DNA from: an uncultured archaeon
GTDB taxonomy: Archaea > Asgardarchaeota > Lokiarchaeia > Sigyniarchaeales > SOKP01
NCBI GenBank assembly: GCA_964447495.1
Contig: CAYUTF010000027.1
Span: 1-24,254 of the forward strand
Reading direction: 5' to 3'
DNA length: 24,254 nucleotides
Below the pieces are notes generated by a model. The model was not told the origin of the DNA, did no database searches, and was given only the letters and a program-made list of their open reading frames with translations. Of the stretch, positions 16,003 through 24,254 are shown piece by piece (positions within the stretch are counted from its first letter, which is position 1; each line of letters starts with the position of its first letter). Position numbers and translations under genes: made by a program.

Positions 16003-16467
16003 TTACGAACTATTCTTATTTACTTTTTTAATATTAACTCGACCAAATTTAGGGCTATGAAAATCATTTAATTTGTTATTTTTATTATGAGATCCTTCAT
16101 TAAATGTTATTCTGTTCTTAATAAATTGTTTATGCTCAGAATCGGTTCTCCTTAATTGCATTAAATGGTCATTTAAATTACTATCATTATTGAATACCTT
16201 ACCACAAATTGGACAATTAAATTTTGAATCCTCAAATAGCCTGTTTGGAGTCTTAACAATAACATTGAATTTATTTGTATTTGCTTTAATGGACTGATAT
16301 TTCCGACAATAATGTTTTACTAATTTTCCATAGGGAGGATATTCAAAAAATATCTTACTTCCATGGGTGCATTCCCAATATAATACATCTACTCCACACG
16401 TTGGACAAGTTGTCTTAAAAGATCGGAGATAACAATGTCTACCATGGCTTTTATAAAAATGTCGCAT
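16003..16467 (-). CDS. Zinc-finger protein (N-terminal Cys/His cluster plus a C2H2-like finger)
   Basis: CPTC...C-x-H...H-x-C and FNCPICGKVFNNDSNLNDHL...H. Confidence 0.7.
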   Translation of the reverse strand: MRHFYKSHGRHCYLRSFKTTCPTCGVDVLYWECTHGSKIFFEYPPYGKLVKHYCRKYQSIKANTNKFNVIVKTPNRLFEDSKFNCPICGKVFNNDSNLNDHLMQLRRTDSEHKQFIKNRITFNEGSHNKNNKLNDFHSPKFGRVNIKKVNKNSS

Positions 16468-16635
16468 TATATTATTAGAATAATTAAACTTATTAAAATT
16501 TTTGGGTATAACTATATTATCTAAAAATAATAAATACTTGTCATATTAACTGGGAAATCTTCAAAACGCAAATATTTAAATGCTCGAATTCAATTATAGA
16601 GAGTAAGGATCAGATATATTTTAGGGTAGAAGTGT

Positions 16636-17571
16636 TTGGATCTTTCATTATCTCAGAATAATTTAAATTTATGTCCTGAATGTGGGAATACTAGTTTAAT
16701 TTCAGATGAGGCTAGGGGTGAGATAGTTTGCAGTGTATGTGGTTTGGTTTTAGGACAAAGAATAATTGATTCTGGACCCGAATGGAGAGCTTTCTCATCA
16801 GAAGAAGCGAATAAGAAAGTGAGAGTTGGAGCACCAACAACTTTAACTCTCCATGATAAAGGGTTAAGTACTATGATCGGGTGGAAGAATAAAGATGCGT
16901 TTGGGAAATCAATAAGTCCAAAAATGAAAGCGGAAGTATACAGATTAAGAAAGTGGCATGTCAGGACGAGAACTAATAAATCTATTGACAGGAATCTCGC
17001 TTATGCTATGAATGAATTGGATAGATTCTCTTCACAACTAAATTTATCTAAAGATTTAAAAGAATCTGCAGCACATATATATCGAAAAATGGCAATAAAA
17101 AACCTTATAAGGGGTAGATCCATAGAGGCAATGCTAATAGCATCTATTTATTTATCCTGTAGATTAAACAGCATTCCTAAAACCCTTGATGATTTTTTAG
17201 AATTTGCATTGGTTGATAAAAAAAAAATTGCTAGATGCTATCGATTAATAATAAATGAGTTAAGAATTAATATAGGTGTGTCATCACCTATAAATTTCAT
17301 TCCCCGATTCTGTGCCTCTCTGAATCTTTCGGGAAAAACTCAAAATCGGGCTGCAGAATTACTAAAGTTGGCTAAAAAGCATCATATCACTGCAGGCAAA
17401 GCACCTACTGGCTTAGCTGGAGCAGCATTGTATGTTGCTGCTATACAAGAAGGAGAACGTAGAACTCAGAAAGAAATATCTTTAGCAGCAGGGGTGACTG
17501 AAGCTACCATTCGTAATAGATACAAAGAGTTAATAGATCATTTAAAATTTGAAGTAAATATCTATAAGTAA
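16636..17571 (+). CDS. tfb: Transcription initiation factor IIB (TFB)
   Basis: Zn ribbon CPECG...CSVCG, GPEWRAF, LHDKGLST, RLRKW, two cyclin repeats (LIRGRSIE, GKAPTGLA, VTEATIRNRYKEL); TTG start. Confidence 0.98.
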   Translation: MDLSLSQNNLNLCPECGNTSLISDEARGEIVCSVCGLVLGQRIIDSGPEWRAFSSEEANKKVRVGAPTTLTLHDKGLSTMIGWKNKDAFGKSISPKMKAEVYRLRKWHVRTRTNKSIDRNLAYAMNELDRFSSQLNLSKDLKESAAHIYRKMAIKNLIRGRSIEAMLIASIYLSCRLNSIPKTLDDFLEFALVDKKKIARCYRLIINELRINIGVSSPINFIPRFCASLNLSGKTQNRAAELLKLAKKHHITAGKAPTGLAGAALYVAAIQEGERRTQKEISLAAGVTEATIRNRYKELIDHLKFEVNIYK

Positions 17572-17581
17572 ATAAAAAATA

Positions 17582-17731
17582 TTAACGAACCTTTAGTCTT
17601 TTAATTACATCTGGGCGTTTCTTATATAAAATACGAAATCCGCAATGGGAGCATTTTATACCAGGAAGAGCACTTAATTCTTTTCTAGACACTTCTTTCC
17701 CACAATTTTTCCTAGCACAAACATACTTCAT
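17582..17731 (-). CDS. rpoP: RNA polymerase subunit Rpo12 (RpoP)
   Basis: 49 aa MKYVCARKNCGKEV...IKCSHCGFRILYKKRP; ATG 17731 fits the family length better than the track start at 17785. Confidence 0.92.
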   Translation of the reverse strand: MKYVCARKNCGKEVSRKELSALPGIKCSHCGFRILYKKRPDVIKRLKVR

Positions 17732-17829
17732 ATTAAAATAAAAAGATTCATAATTAAAATATTTTTTGATAATATAAAATTGCAAAATTTAAACCAAATT
17801 TTGAAACTCAAGTGAGAAATAAGCAGATT

Positions 17830-18645
17830 TTAGATGTATAATGATTTCTTTTTATCTTCAGCATCAACAAATTGGAAACTATCAAGATCTTTTTCTAGTT
17901 GGTCTCTTTTACTTTGTAGATTCTTTGTAATACTATCTATATTATCAAGAGAATATTTCTTCTTTATTGGTAATGCAAATGACTTCTTCAACATTTCAAG
18001 TAATGTAATAGATGCTTTTAAGTCTGTTATATCCTCATTAATCATTGCGACATTATCAGTTTCTGCCAAGAGCACTAACCCATCAATATTAAATCTCGCT
18101 TTCGCTAATGTTGGAATTAACCCATTAGCTCCTATAATTACTCCTTTTTGAATTTTTTCACAATGGTTTTTTGAGAGAAAATTCTCTAATAATTGACGAT
18201 TGGTAGAACTTACATAAATTTTTGGAATTTTAGAATTTAATTTTCTACTGCTTACAGGATATGCTCCTAAAGCGATAATTAATTTGATTCCATAATCATT
18301 TATAATATCAGAAAGAAAATTAGATATCTTATAAATTCCCTTTGGAGTTAAGCTTTGAGCATCAGCAGTAATTAATATTATATCTCTTGCATTATTTGAG
18401 TCCTTCCAAAATAATATTTCTGCTTTTGGGGCGGATAGAAGACTATCATCTACAATTGCTCCAGCAGGATAATCATCAAAAATAAAATCCATAAAATTTT
18501 GGGCATTTAATTGACCAATTAGTGAGTCTATAGCAAATTTGCCCACATCAGCAATTCCTGGCATACCTAAAATACAAATTGGATTTTTAAAATCATCTTT
18601 CATTAGATCCATGTGTTTAATAATTCTTATTCCCGTTTCTAACAC
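17830..18645 (-). CDS. Proteasome assembly chaperone PAC2/PbaA family
   Basis: GMPGIADVGK, LITADAQ, IIALGAY, IIGANGLI, LLAET; C-terminal LYI fits the HbYX motif; GTG start preceded by AAGGT. Confidence 0.9.
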   Translation of the reverse strand: MLETGIRIIKHMDLMKDDFKNPICILGMPGIADVGKFAIDSLIGQLNAQNFMDFIFDDYPAGAIVDDSLLSAPKAEILFWKDSNNARDIILITADAQSLTPKGIYKISNFLSDIINDYGIKLIIALGAYPVSSRKLNSKIPKIYVSSTNRQLLENFLSKNHCEKIQKGVIIGANGLIPTLAKARFNIDGLVLLAETDNVAMINEDITDLKASITLLEMLKKSFALPIKKKYSLDNIDSITKNLQSKRDQLEKDLDSFQFVDAEDKKKSLYI

Positions 18646-18841
18646 AGTTTATACCTTTTAATTATTAAAATAAAATCATTATTAAATGAGTCTTCTTTAT
18701 ATCTTTAAAAACAATGTGTTATCCTAATAGACACATAATTTACCGTAAAAGTAATATATTAATAACATCACACAAAGAATATAATCGAAATGAAATGCTA
18801 ATTTACTTCTTGAATGACTTATTAAGTACTAAATTTTTATT

Positions 18842-19447
18842 ATGAGTGAATTGAGATATGAATGTATGAAATGCGGAATTTGTTGTTCTATATCTGAAGA
18901 AATTCAAAATAATTACATTAAAAGAATTCCACTTTATCCCGAAGAAGTTGAAAAATTAATCGATATCGCAAAAGTGAGGAATCTACCTTTTAAAGTTAAG
19001 GAAGATCTTGTATTTCCTGATATTAAAAATAAAAAAATACTTATTTTGACCTATAGGTTAATATTAAAACCTGAGGGAAGATGTGTATTTTATGATGTAA
19101 AAGAAGGATGTACTATTCATAAGATAAAACCGTATGCATGTCAAGCATATCCATTAGCGATAAGAAGAGTGGACTCTTTTAACTTAGAGATAACCATTGA
19201 TCCATTGTGTAATTTTGTCTCTAATAATTATGAAAACTTAAAAGACATAGATCTCAAAAAAATTAAGGAAATTTTTATAAATGAATACCCCAAAGCCGAA
19301 AAATTTTATGAAAAAAATAAACGACTTCAATTAAAAATAAGAAGATTAGAAGCAGAAGGTAAAATTCAAATTTCTAGACAAATTACTATAGAAGAATTTA
19401 ATAAAGCATTAAAAAACTGGGATCGTGAAGAAATTAGGGTGAAATAG
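18842..19447 (+). CDS. YkgJ/CxxCxxCC-family cysteine-cluster protein
   Basis: CMKCGICC, CVFY...CTIHKIKPYACQAYP, DPLC. Confidence 0.88.
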   Translation: MSELRYECMKCGICCSISEEIQNNYIKRIPLYPEEVEKLIDIAKVRNLPFKVKEDLVFPDIKNKKILILTYRLILKPEGRCVFYDVKEGCTIHKIKPYACQAYPLAIRRVDSFNLEITIDPLCNFVSNNYENLKDIDLKKIKEIFINEYPKAEKFYEKNKRLQLKIRRLEAEGKIQISRQITIEEFNKALKNWDREEIRVK

Positions 19448-19453
19448 GGTATC

Positions 19454-20095
19454 ATGATTACAAAGAAATTTATTTCACTAATTTCAGGGGGTTTTGACAG
19501 TCCCTTAGCAGCAATTTTAATGATAAAACAGGGGTTTTCTCCTATTTTTTTATCATTTCTCACTTCCGATGATGAAACTCATTCTATGAGAAATAAGGTT
19601 ATCAATCTCATTACATTTTTAAAAAGATTGACAAATATTAATGTAAAAATATACTTTATTGATTTTGACTATAGTTTAAATAATTTGAAACTTAAATGCG
19701 AGCGTAAGTTGACATGTATTTTATGTAAACGTTTGATGCTTAGAATAGCAAAAAGAATTAGTATACTTGAAAATACAAATATCATAGTTACGGGAGATAT
19801 CTTAGGAGAACAAGCTAGTCAAACTTTAGATAATTTATATAACTATAATGACATAATTAAAGACTTTATAATATTGCGCCCCCTTATAGCATATGATAAA
19901 AATGAAGTTATTAATGCTGTTAGGGAGTTAGGATTGTATAATCTTATTTCTCAATCCTCTGCTTCTTGCCTTTTCAATCCTCAATATCCAGAGACCCATG
20001 CGAAAACTAAAGAAGTAGAATATTCTGAAATTAATGTCAATATCTCTGGACTAGTTGATAAAGCGCTTGGAAAGGCAGAGATCGTTATATTATGA
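19454..20095 (+). CDS. ThiI-like PP-loop sulfurtransferase, catalytic domain only (no THUMP)
   Basis: SLISGGFDS, CILCKRLM, IVTGDILGEQASQT, LRPLIAYDKNEV and a distal Cys; only 213 aa. Confidence 0.85.
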   Translation: MITKKFISLISGGFDSPLAAILMIKQGFSPIFLSFLTSDDETHSMRNKVINLITFLKRLTNINVKIYFIDFDYSLNNLKLKCERKLTCILCKRLMLRIAKRISILENTNIIVTGDILGEQASQTLDNLYNYNDIIKDFIILRPLIAYDKNEVINAVRELGLYNLISQSSASCLFNPQYPETHAKTKEVEYSEINVNISGLVDKALGKAEIVIL

Positions 20096-20494
20096 TTTCA
20101 AATTATTGATGGTATTATCAAATTCATCTTTAAATAAGATTCGGAACTCATCATAGGAAATCCTTTTTTCCTCATAATTGTTTAGTAATTCACAAATGAT
20201 CTGTGCTAATATATGCTTACAAAAGTCTCTCTTACGTTCAATTACAACGTTTAGATAAAAGTCCTGGCAACTACAATATAATTTAGGATATATAATATGC
20301 TCTGAGTTCTCTCCCATTGCGGTCCAAATGATCCTATCCTCTATATGATATTTAGTAATTCCCCGCTTAATAGTTTCTAAAACGCGGTCTGCATTTTTAG
20401 AAAAAATCGAATTAATATAATTTAGCAGCTCATCATCAATTTGAGATTTATCTTTGACAATAGATATAAGTTTTAATACTAAATCTTTTGACAT
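20090..20494 (-). CDS. SWIM zinc-finger protein (Sws1/ZSWIM7-like)
   Basis: YCSCQDFY...FCKHILA fits SWIM CxC-xn-CxH in a small stand-alone protein. Confidence 0.82.
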   Translation of the reverse strand: MSKDLVLKLISIVKDKSQIDDELLNYINSIFSKNADRVLETIKRGITKYHIEDRIIWTAMGENSEHIIYPKLYCSCQDFYLNVVIERKRDFCKHILAQIICELLNNYEEKRISYDEFRILFKDEFDNTINNLKS

Positions 20495-20542
20495 CTAAAT
20501 TCATATAATTATTATCATATATCAATATAAAGGATTAATAGT

Positions 20543-21847
20543 TTGAATAAAATTTTATATCTTCCAACTCGATATTTTCCTGCTATTTCAGGAGCAGAGT
20601 TGTATATTCAGAGATTAGCAGAAATTCTTCAATCAAGATATAATTATCAAGTTAGCATTTTAACTTCAAATGCTATTGATTTCAGAGCTTTAAGATCATC
20701 TAAAGGAAAAATCATAAAGATTAACAACAAATATTTTAAATCAGTCAATAATGTAGAAATAAATCGATTTTCGATTAATTATGATGACAATCTAGAAAAA
20801 AAGATAGAAAAATTACATCAGATTGAATCCTTTAAGCTTTTAAATATATCAAATGAAACACTTAGAAAAATTTTAAAAAATGGTCCCTACTTGGATAATG
20901 TTTTTGAAAATTTTGGAACTCTTATTTCTAATAACTATAAACTCATCCATACAACTTTTTATCCCTATTTTAATTTAATACTTGCATTAATGATAGGGAA
21001 AAACCAAAATATTCCCACTATTTGTACTCCTTTCTTTCATTTTTCGAATCCAAGATATTTAGATTCAGATATGATTGAAATTTTAAAAGCTTTTGACTTA
21101 TTAATTGCTTGCACAGAAATAGAAAAAAGGAAAATACAAGAACTTCTTAATATACCCAATTCTAAAATCCAAGTAATACCAATGGGAGTTGATTATAATG
21201 CATTTTCTAACTCAGATAAAGATAAGGGTGAATTTAATTTTAAAAAACATTTCTTTCAAAAAGCTGAGAGAAAATACAAGATGATACTTTTCTGTGGGTA
21301 TAAAAATTTTGAAAAAGGCGCTATTTCAATCTTAAAAGCCATACCAAATATTATAAATCGCTATAAAAAGGTCTACTTTGTATTTATTGGACCATCAACT
21401 ATAGCTTTTAACCGGGAACTTTCAAAAATTCATAAACTAAAAGATGCTCGTATAATTAACTTATCTCCCGATAATTTAACAGGTTATTTAGATAAGAAAA
21501 AAATATCCGCATTCAAACATTCTGATATATATTTAATGCCTAGCAGAAGTGATGCCTTTGGAATAGCATTTCTGGAAGCTTGGGCTGCGAGTAAACCTGT
21601 GATTGGTGCTAACATCGGAGCAACACCTCAAGTAATTAGAAATAATATTGATGGATTATTAGTGGAATTTAATAATGAACAAGATATTTCCAATAAAGTT
21701 TTAACACTTTTAAAAAGTAAGAGATTAAGAAATAAGTATGGTTTAGAGGGAAATTTAAAGGTTTTACACTACTATACTTGGGAAAGAATTGCCGCCCAAA
21801 CCCATGAATTATATAACAAATTTGAAAAACGAGGTGAAGAACCATGA
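20543..21847 (+). CDS. Glycosyltransferase family 4 (GT-B)
   Basis: YFPAISGAE, IPMGVD, MPSRSDAFGIAFLEAWAASKPVIG, DGLLV; TTG start after AAGGA. Confidence 0.92.
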   Translation: MNKILYLPTRYFPAISGAELYIQRLAEILQSRYNYQVSILTSNAIDFRALRSSKGKIIKINNKYFKSVNNVEINRFSINYDDNLEKKIEKLHQIESFKLLNISNETLRKILKNGPYLDNVFENFGTLISNNYKLIHTTFYPYFNLILALMIGKNQNIPTICTPFFHFSNPRYLDSDMIEILKAFDLLIACTEIEKRKIQELLNIPNSKIQVIPMGVDYNAFSNSDKDKGEFNFKKHFFQKAERKYKMILFCGYKNFEKGAISILKAIPNIINRYKKVYFVFIGPSTIAFNRELSKIHKLKDARIINLSPDNLTGYLDKKKISAFKHSDIYLMPSRSDAFGIAFLEAWAASKPVIGANIGATPQVIRNNIDGLLVEFNNEQDISNKVLTLLKSKRLRNKYGLEGNLKVLHYYTWERIAAQTHELYNKFEKRGEEP

Positions 21848-23076
21848 AAAGTATTTCTGGAAATGAATATATTAAGCAGAAAGAAGATAAGATTTTCCTT
21901 GATTCTATTGAAATTGATAAATTTTTAAAATCTACAATAACCCCTTTCATCATATTCTTTGAAAATAAGATTCGGGATAACATTAAAGTTTTTAAGAATG
22001 CTGTTATGAATGTTTTTAAGGAAGCCTCTATCTTTTATTCATTTAAAGCAAATTTTTTAAAGGATATATGTAGAATTATCAATTCAGAGGGAATTGGAGC
22101 AGAAGTAATAAGTTTACCTGAATTAAATTTAGCTCTAAATTTAGGGTTTGATTCAAAAAAAATTCTTGCAGGTGGACCGTTTTTAAGCAACAAATTTCTA
22201 GAAAAATGTATCGTTAACGATATTGGGGAAATTGTCGTATACTCTTTAAATGATATAAAAAGAATTAATTCAGTTGCCAAAAAAAATGATAAAGTACAAA
22301 ATTTATGTATTAGAATAAGCTCTCAAAAATATGATACAAAACTCGGTATTAAATTACTTGAAAAACAATTGAATCAAATTGAACTATATCATAAAAATTG
22401 CAGTTACATCCAGTTTACGACAATACTATCGCATTATTCAACTCAGATGAACAATATTAATCAATTTACTAAAAATGCTGAAATTTTAATCGACGCTTTT
22501 GTTAAATTGCAGAATTCGGGTATTAAAATCAAAAATATTAATTTTGGAGGGGGATTTCCTGAAGCGGTTATCATGTCTGAATCTCAATTAAGAAAAATAT
22601 TTTCTAAAATTTACGCTTTACTTGAAGAACGTAATATTAATTATGATAAGATTTATTTTGAACCAGGAAGGTATTTTGTTGGTGATGCAGGAATATTTAT
22701 TGCAGAGATTGTTAATAAAACAGAAGATAGGTGGATCTTTTTGAATGTTGGAAATAATATCTGTCCAAAATTTTCCAAAAGCTCTTTTAGATTTTATAAC
22801 GCTTCAAAAATAAATCAAGCTCATAAATATAAGACTTCAATTGCAGGAATAATTCCAACGGATCAAGATATTTTAGCAAAAAATTATTTTTTTAATAATG
22901 AAATCGAAATAGGGGATAAAATATTAATCACAAATGTAGGAGCATATACACTTACTTTTTCTAATCGCTTTCCTTATGAGTTACCATATATCTTTCTAAT
23001 AAATGGGGAAAAGATAGATACAATATTTGATCCTATGAAAGATCATGACATTTCATTAAAAGCATTTTATCCCTAA
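21844..23076 (+). CDS. Fold-type III PLP enzyme, diaminopimelate/ornithine decarboxylase-like (divergent)
   Basis: YSFKAN (PLP Lys), INFGGGF, EPGRYFV, VGAYT; GAGGTGA SD and ATGA overlap with the GT4 gene. Confidence 0.82.
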   Translation: MKSISGNEYIKQKEDKIFLDSIEIDKFLKSTITPFIIFFENKIRDNIKVFKNAVMNVFKEASIFYSFKANFLKDICRIINSEGIGAEVISLPELNLALNLGFDSKKILAGGPFLSNKFLEKCIVNDIGEIVVYSLNDIKRINSVAKKNDKVQNLCIRISSQKYDTKLGIKLLEKQLNQIELYHKNCSYIQFTTILSHYSTQMNNINQFTKNAEILIDAFVKLQNSGIKIKNINFGGGFPEAVIMSESQLRKIFSKIYALLEERNINYDKIYFEPGRYFVGDAGIFIAEIVNKTEDRWIFLNVGNNICPKFSKSSFRFYNASKINQAHKYKTSIAGIIPTDQDILAKNYFFNNEIEIGDKILITNVGAYTLTFSNRFPYELPYIFLINGEKIDTIFDPMKDHDISLKAFYP

Positions 23077-23181
23077 CATTTCCAACTACAAAGAATTGAT
23101 ATTATGTGAATATTATATTAATTCTAATTTTTCATAAATATTATTGCAGTAACATTTAATTAATTCTATAAGCAGATTCAA

Positions 23182-24254
23182 ATGGAATCTTTAATAAAAA
23201 ATGCTCGAGCAAGGGAAGTAGTTAGACCTCCCCGCGAAAATTTTGGATATGCAAATATCAAAATTATAGGATGTGGAGGTGCTGGTAATAATACCGTTGA
23301 TAGATTAATGAAGATCGGTATTAAAGGCGCTAAATGTGTTGCAATAAATACAGATTGTCAGCATTTAGATATGGTTGAAGCTCATATCAAAATCTTAATT
23401 GGGAAAAATTTAACAAGAGGTCTAGGTGCTGGTGGAAATCCGGATATTGGAAGAGCAGCAGCTGAAGAATCAAGGGAAGACTTAACCAAAGTTTTGAGAG
23501 AATCAAACCTTGTTTTTATAACATGTGGAGAAGGGGGTGGTACTGGGACAGGAAGTGCACCAATTGTTGCAGAAATAGCTAAACTTGAAGGAGCGATTGT
23601 AGTAGGAGTGGTAACCCTCCCTTTTGATACTGAAATAGGGAGAATAGATAAAGCCCAAATTGGTCTAAATGAACTTAAGAAGTATGCAGATACACTTGTA
23701 GTAATTGATAACAATCGACTTTTAGAGATTGCTCCTGATTTACCTATCATTGAAGCCTTTAGTGTTGCCGATGAGGTATTAGCGACTATGGTTAAAGGGA
23801 TCACAGAAACAATTTCTTTACCCTCTTTAATTAATTTAGATTTTGCGGATGTTCGAACTATATTAAGTACGGGTGGAGTTGCTATTGTGGGAGTAGGAGA
23901 GTCTGGAGATAAAGATCATCGAGTAGATGATGCTATTGAAGATGCTCTTAGTTCTCCCCTGTTAGACGTAAGTATAGATGGAGCAAAAGGAGCCTTAATT
24001 CATATATGTGGAGGAAATGATATGACTCTCGCTGAAGCAAATTCAGTTGCTAAGAAGATATCCGAAAAAATGGATGTTACCAATTCTATGGTAATTTGGG
24101 GTGCTAGAGTAAATGATGAATATGATGGGTATTTAAGAGTTATGTTACTTATAACTGGTATAAAGTCTCCTCAGATTTTTGGAAAAAATATCTCGGAATT
24201 TACTACTATGCCAAAAAAGCAAACATCAAAACAAAAAGTTAGTTTATCCGATGA
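23182..24254 (+). CDS. ftsZ: Cell division protein FtsZ (FtsZ2-like), 3'-truncated by the window edge; absent from the ORF track
   Basis: Manual translation MESLIKNARARE...IIGCGGAGNN...AINTD...TRGLGAGGNP...GGGTGTG...PSLINLDFADV...LIHICGG...VIWGARV; the frame is open to the last base. Confidence 0.96.
   Translation, partial: MESLIKNARAREVVRPPRENFGYANIKIIGCGGAGNNTVDRLMKIGIKGAKCVAINTDCQHLDMVEAHIKILIGKNLTRGLGAGGNPDIGRAAAEESREDLTKVLRESNLVFITCGEGGGTGTGSAPIVAEIAKLEGAIVVGVVTLPFDTEIGRIDKAQIGLNELKKYADTLVVIDNNRLLEIAPDLPIIEAFSVADEVLATMVKGITETISLPSLINLDFADVRTILSTGGVAIVGVGESGDKDHRVDDAIEDALSSPLLDVSIDGAKGALIHICGGNDMTLAEANSVAKKISEKMDVTNSMVIWGARVNDEYDGYLRVMLLITGIKSPQIFGKNISEFTTMPKKQTSKQKVSLSD

Noticed and set aside
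13645-16467. Integrated element at tRNA-Leu(CAA) or the other tRNAs
   Set aside because: No integrase or transposase and no duplicated tRNA end (att site) seen; flanking genes look chromosomal
17732-17785. 18-aa N-terminal extension of Rpo12 in the ORF track
   Set aside because: AT-rich promoter-like sequence; ATG 17731 gives the normal subunit length
2017-22280. Short ORFs at 2017, 6023, 9500, 10509, 13938, 14789, 17834, 19366, 21669 and 22035
   Set aside because: Each lies antisense to a better-supported CDS and has no recognisable motif
23382-23804. 140-aa minus-strand ORF
   Set aside because: Antisense shadow of ftsZ
1-24254. CRISPR array, rRNA or IS elements
   Set aside because: No regularly spaced repeats, long GC-rich structural RNA or transposase motifs seen by eye

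Overview
AT-rich archaeal chromosomal DNA. The gene content (group II chaperonin, TFB, Rpo12, archaeal RPA, pantoate kinase and PAC2, plus a Rab-like GTPase, a tandem Roadblock protein, a profilin and a RING-like protein) points to an Asgard archaeon, most likely Lokiarchaeia. I find about 28 CDS. Two are missing from the ORF track: an aIF1/SUI1 gene (4922-5254) and an FtsZ running off the right edge (from 23182). There are four tRNA genes. First highlight: the aIF1 frame has no usable in-frame ATG/GTG/TTG and is closed upstream by TGA, so it appears to start at ATT. This suggests start-codon-fidelity autoregulation like bacterial infC; a one-base homopolymer error is the main alternative. Second highlight: three of the four tRNAs carry five bulge-helix-bulge-type introns, none at the canonical 37/38 site, including a tRNA-Asn(GTT) with three introns (22/23, 33/34, 59/60). 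No mobile element or CRISPR array was seen. Product calls come from motif recognition by eye, not database searches.
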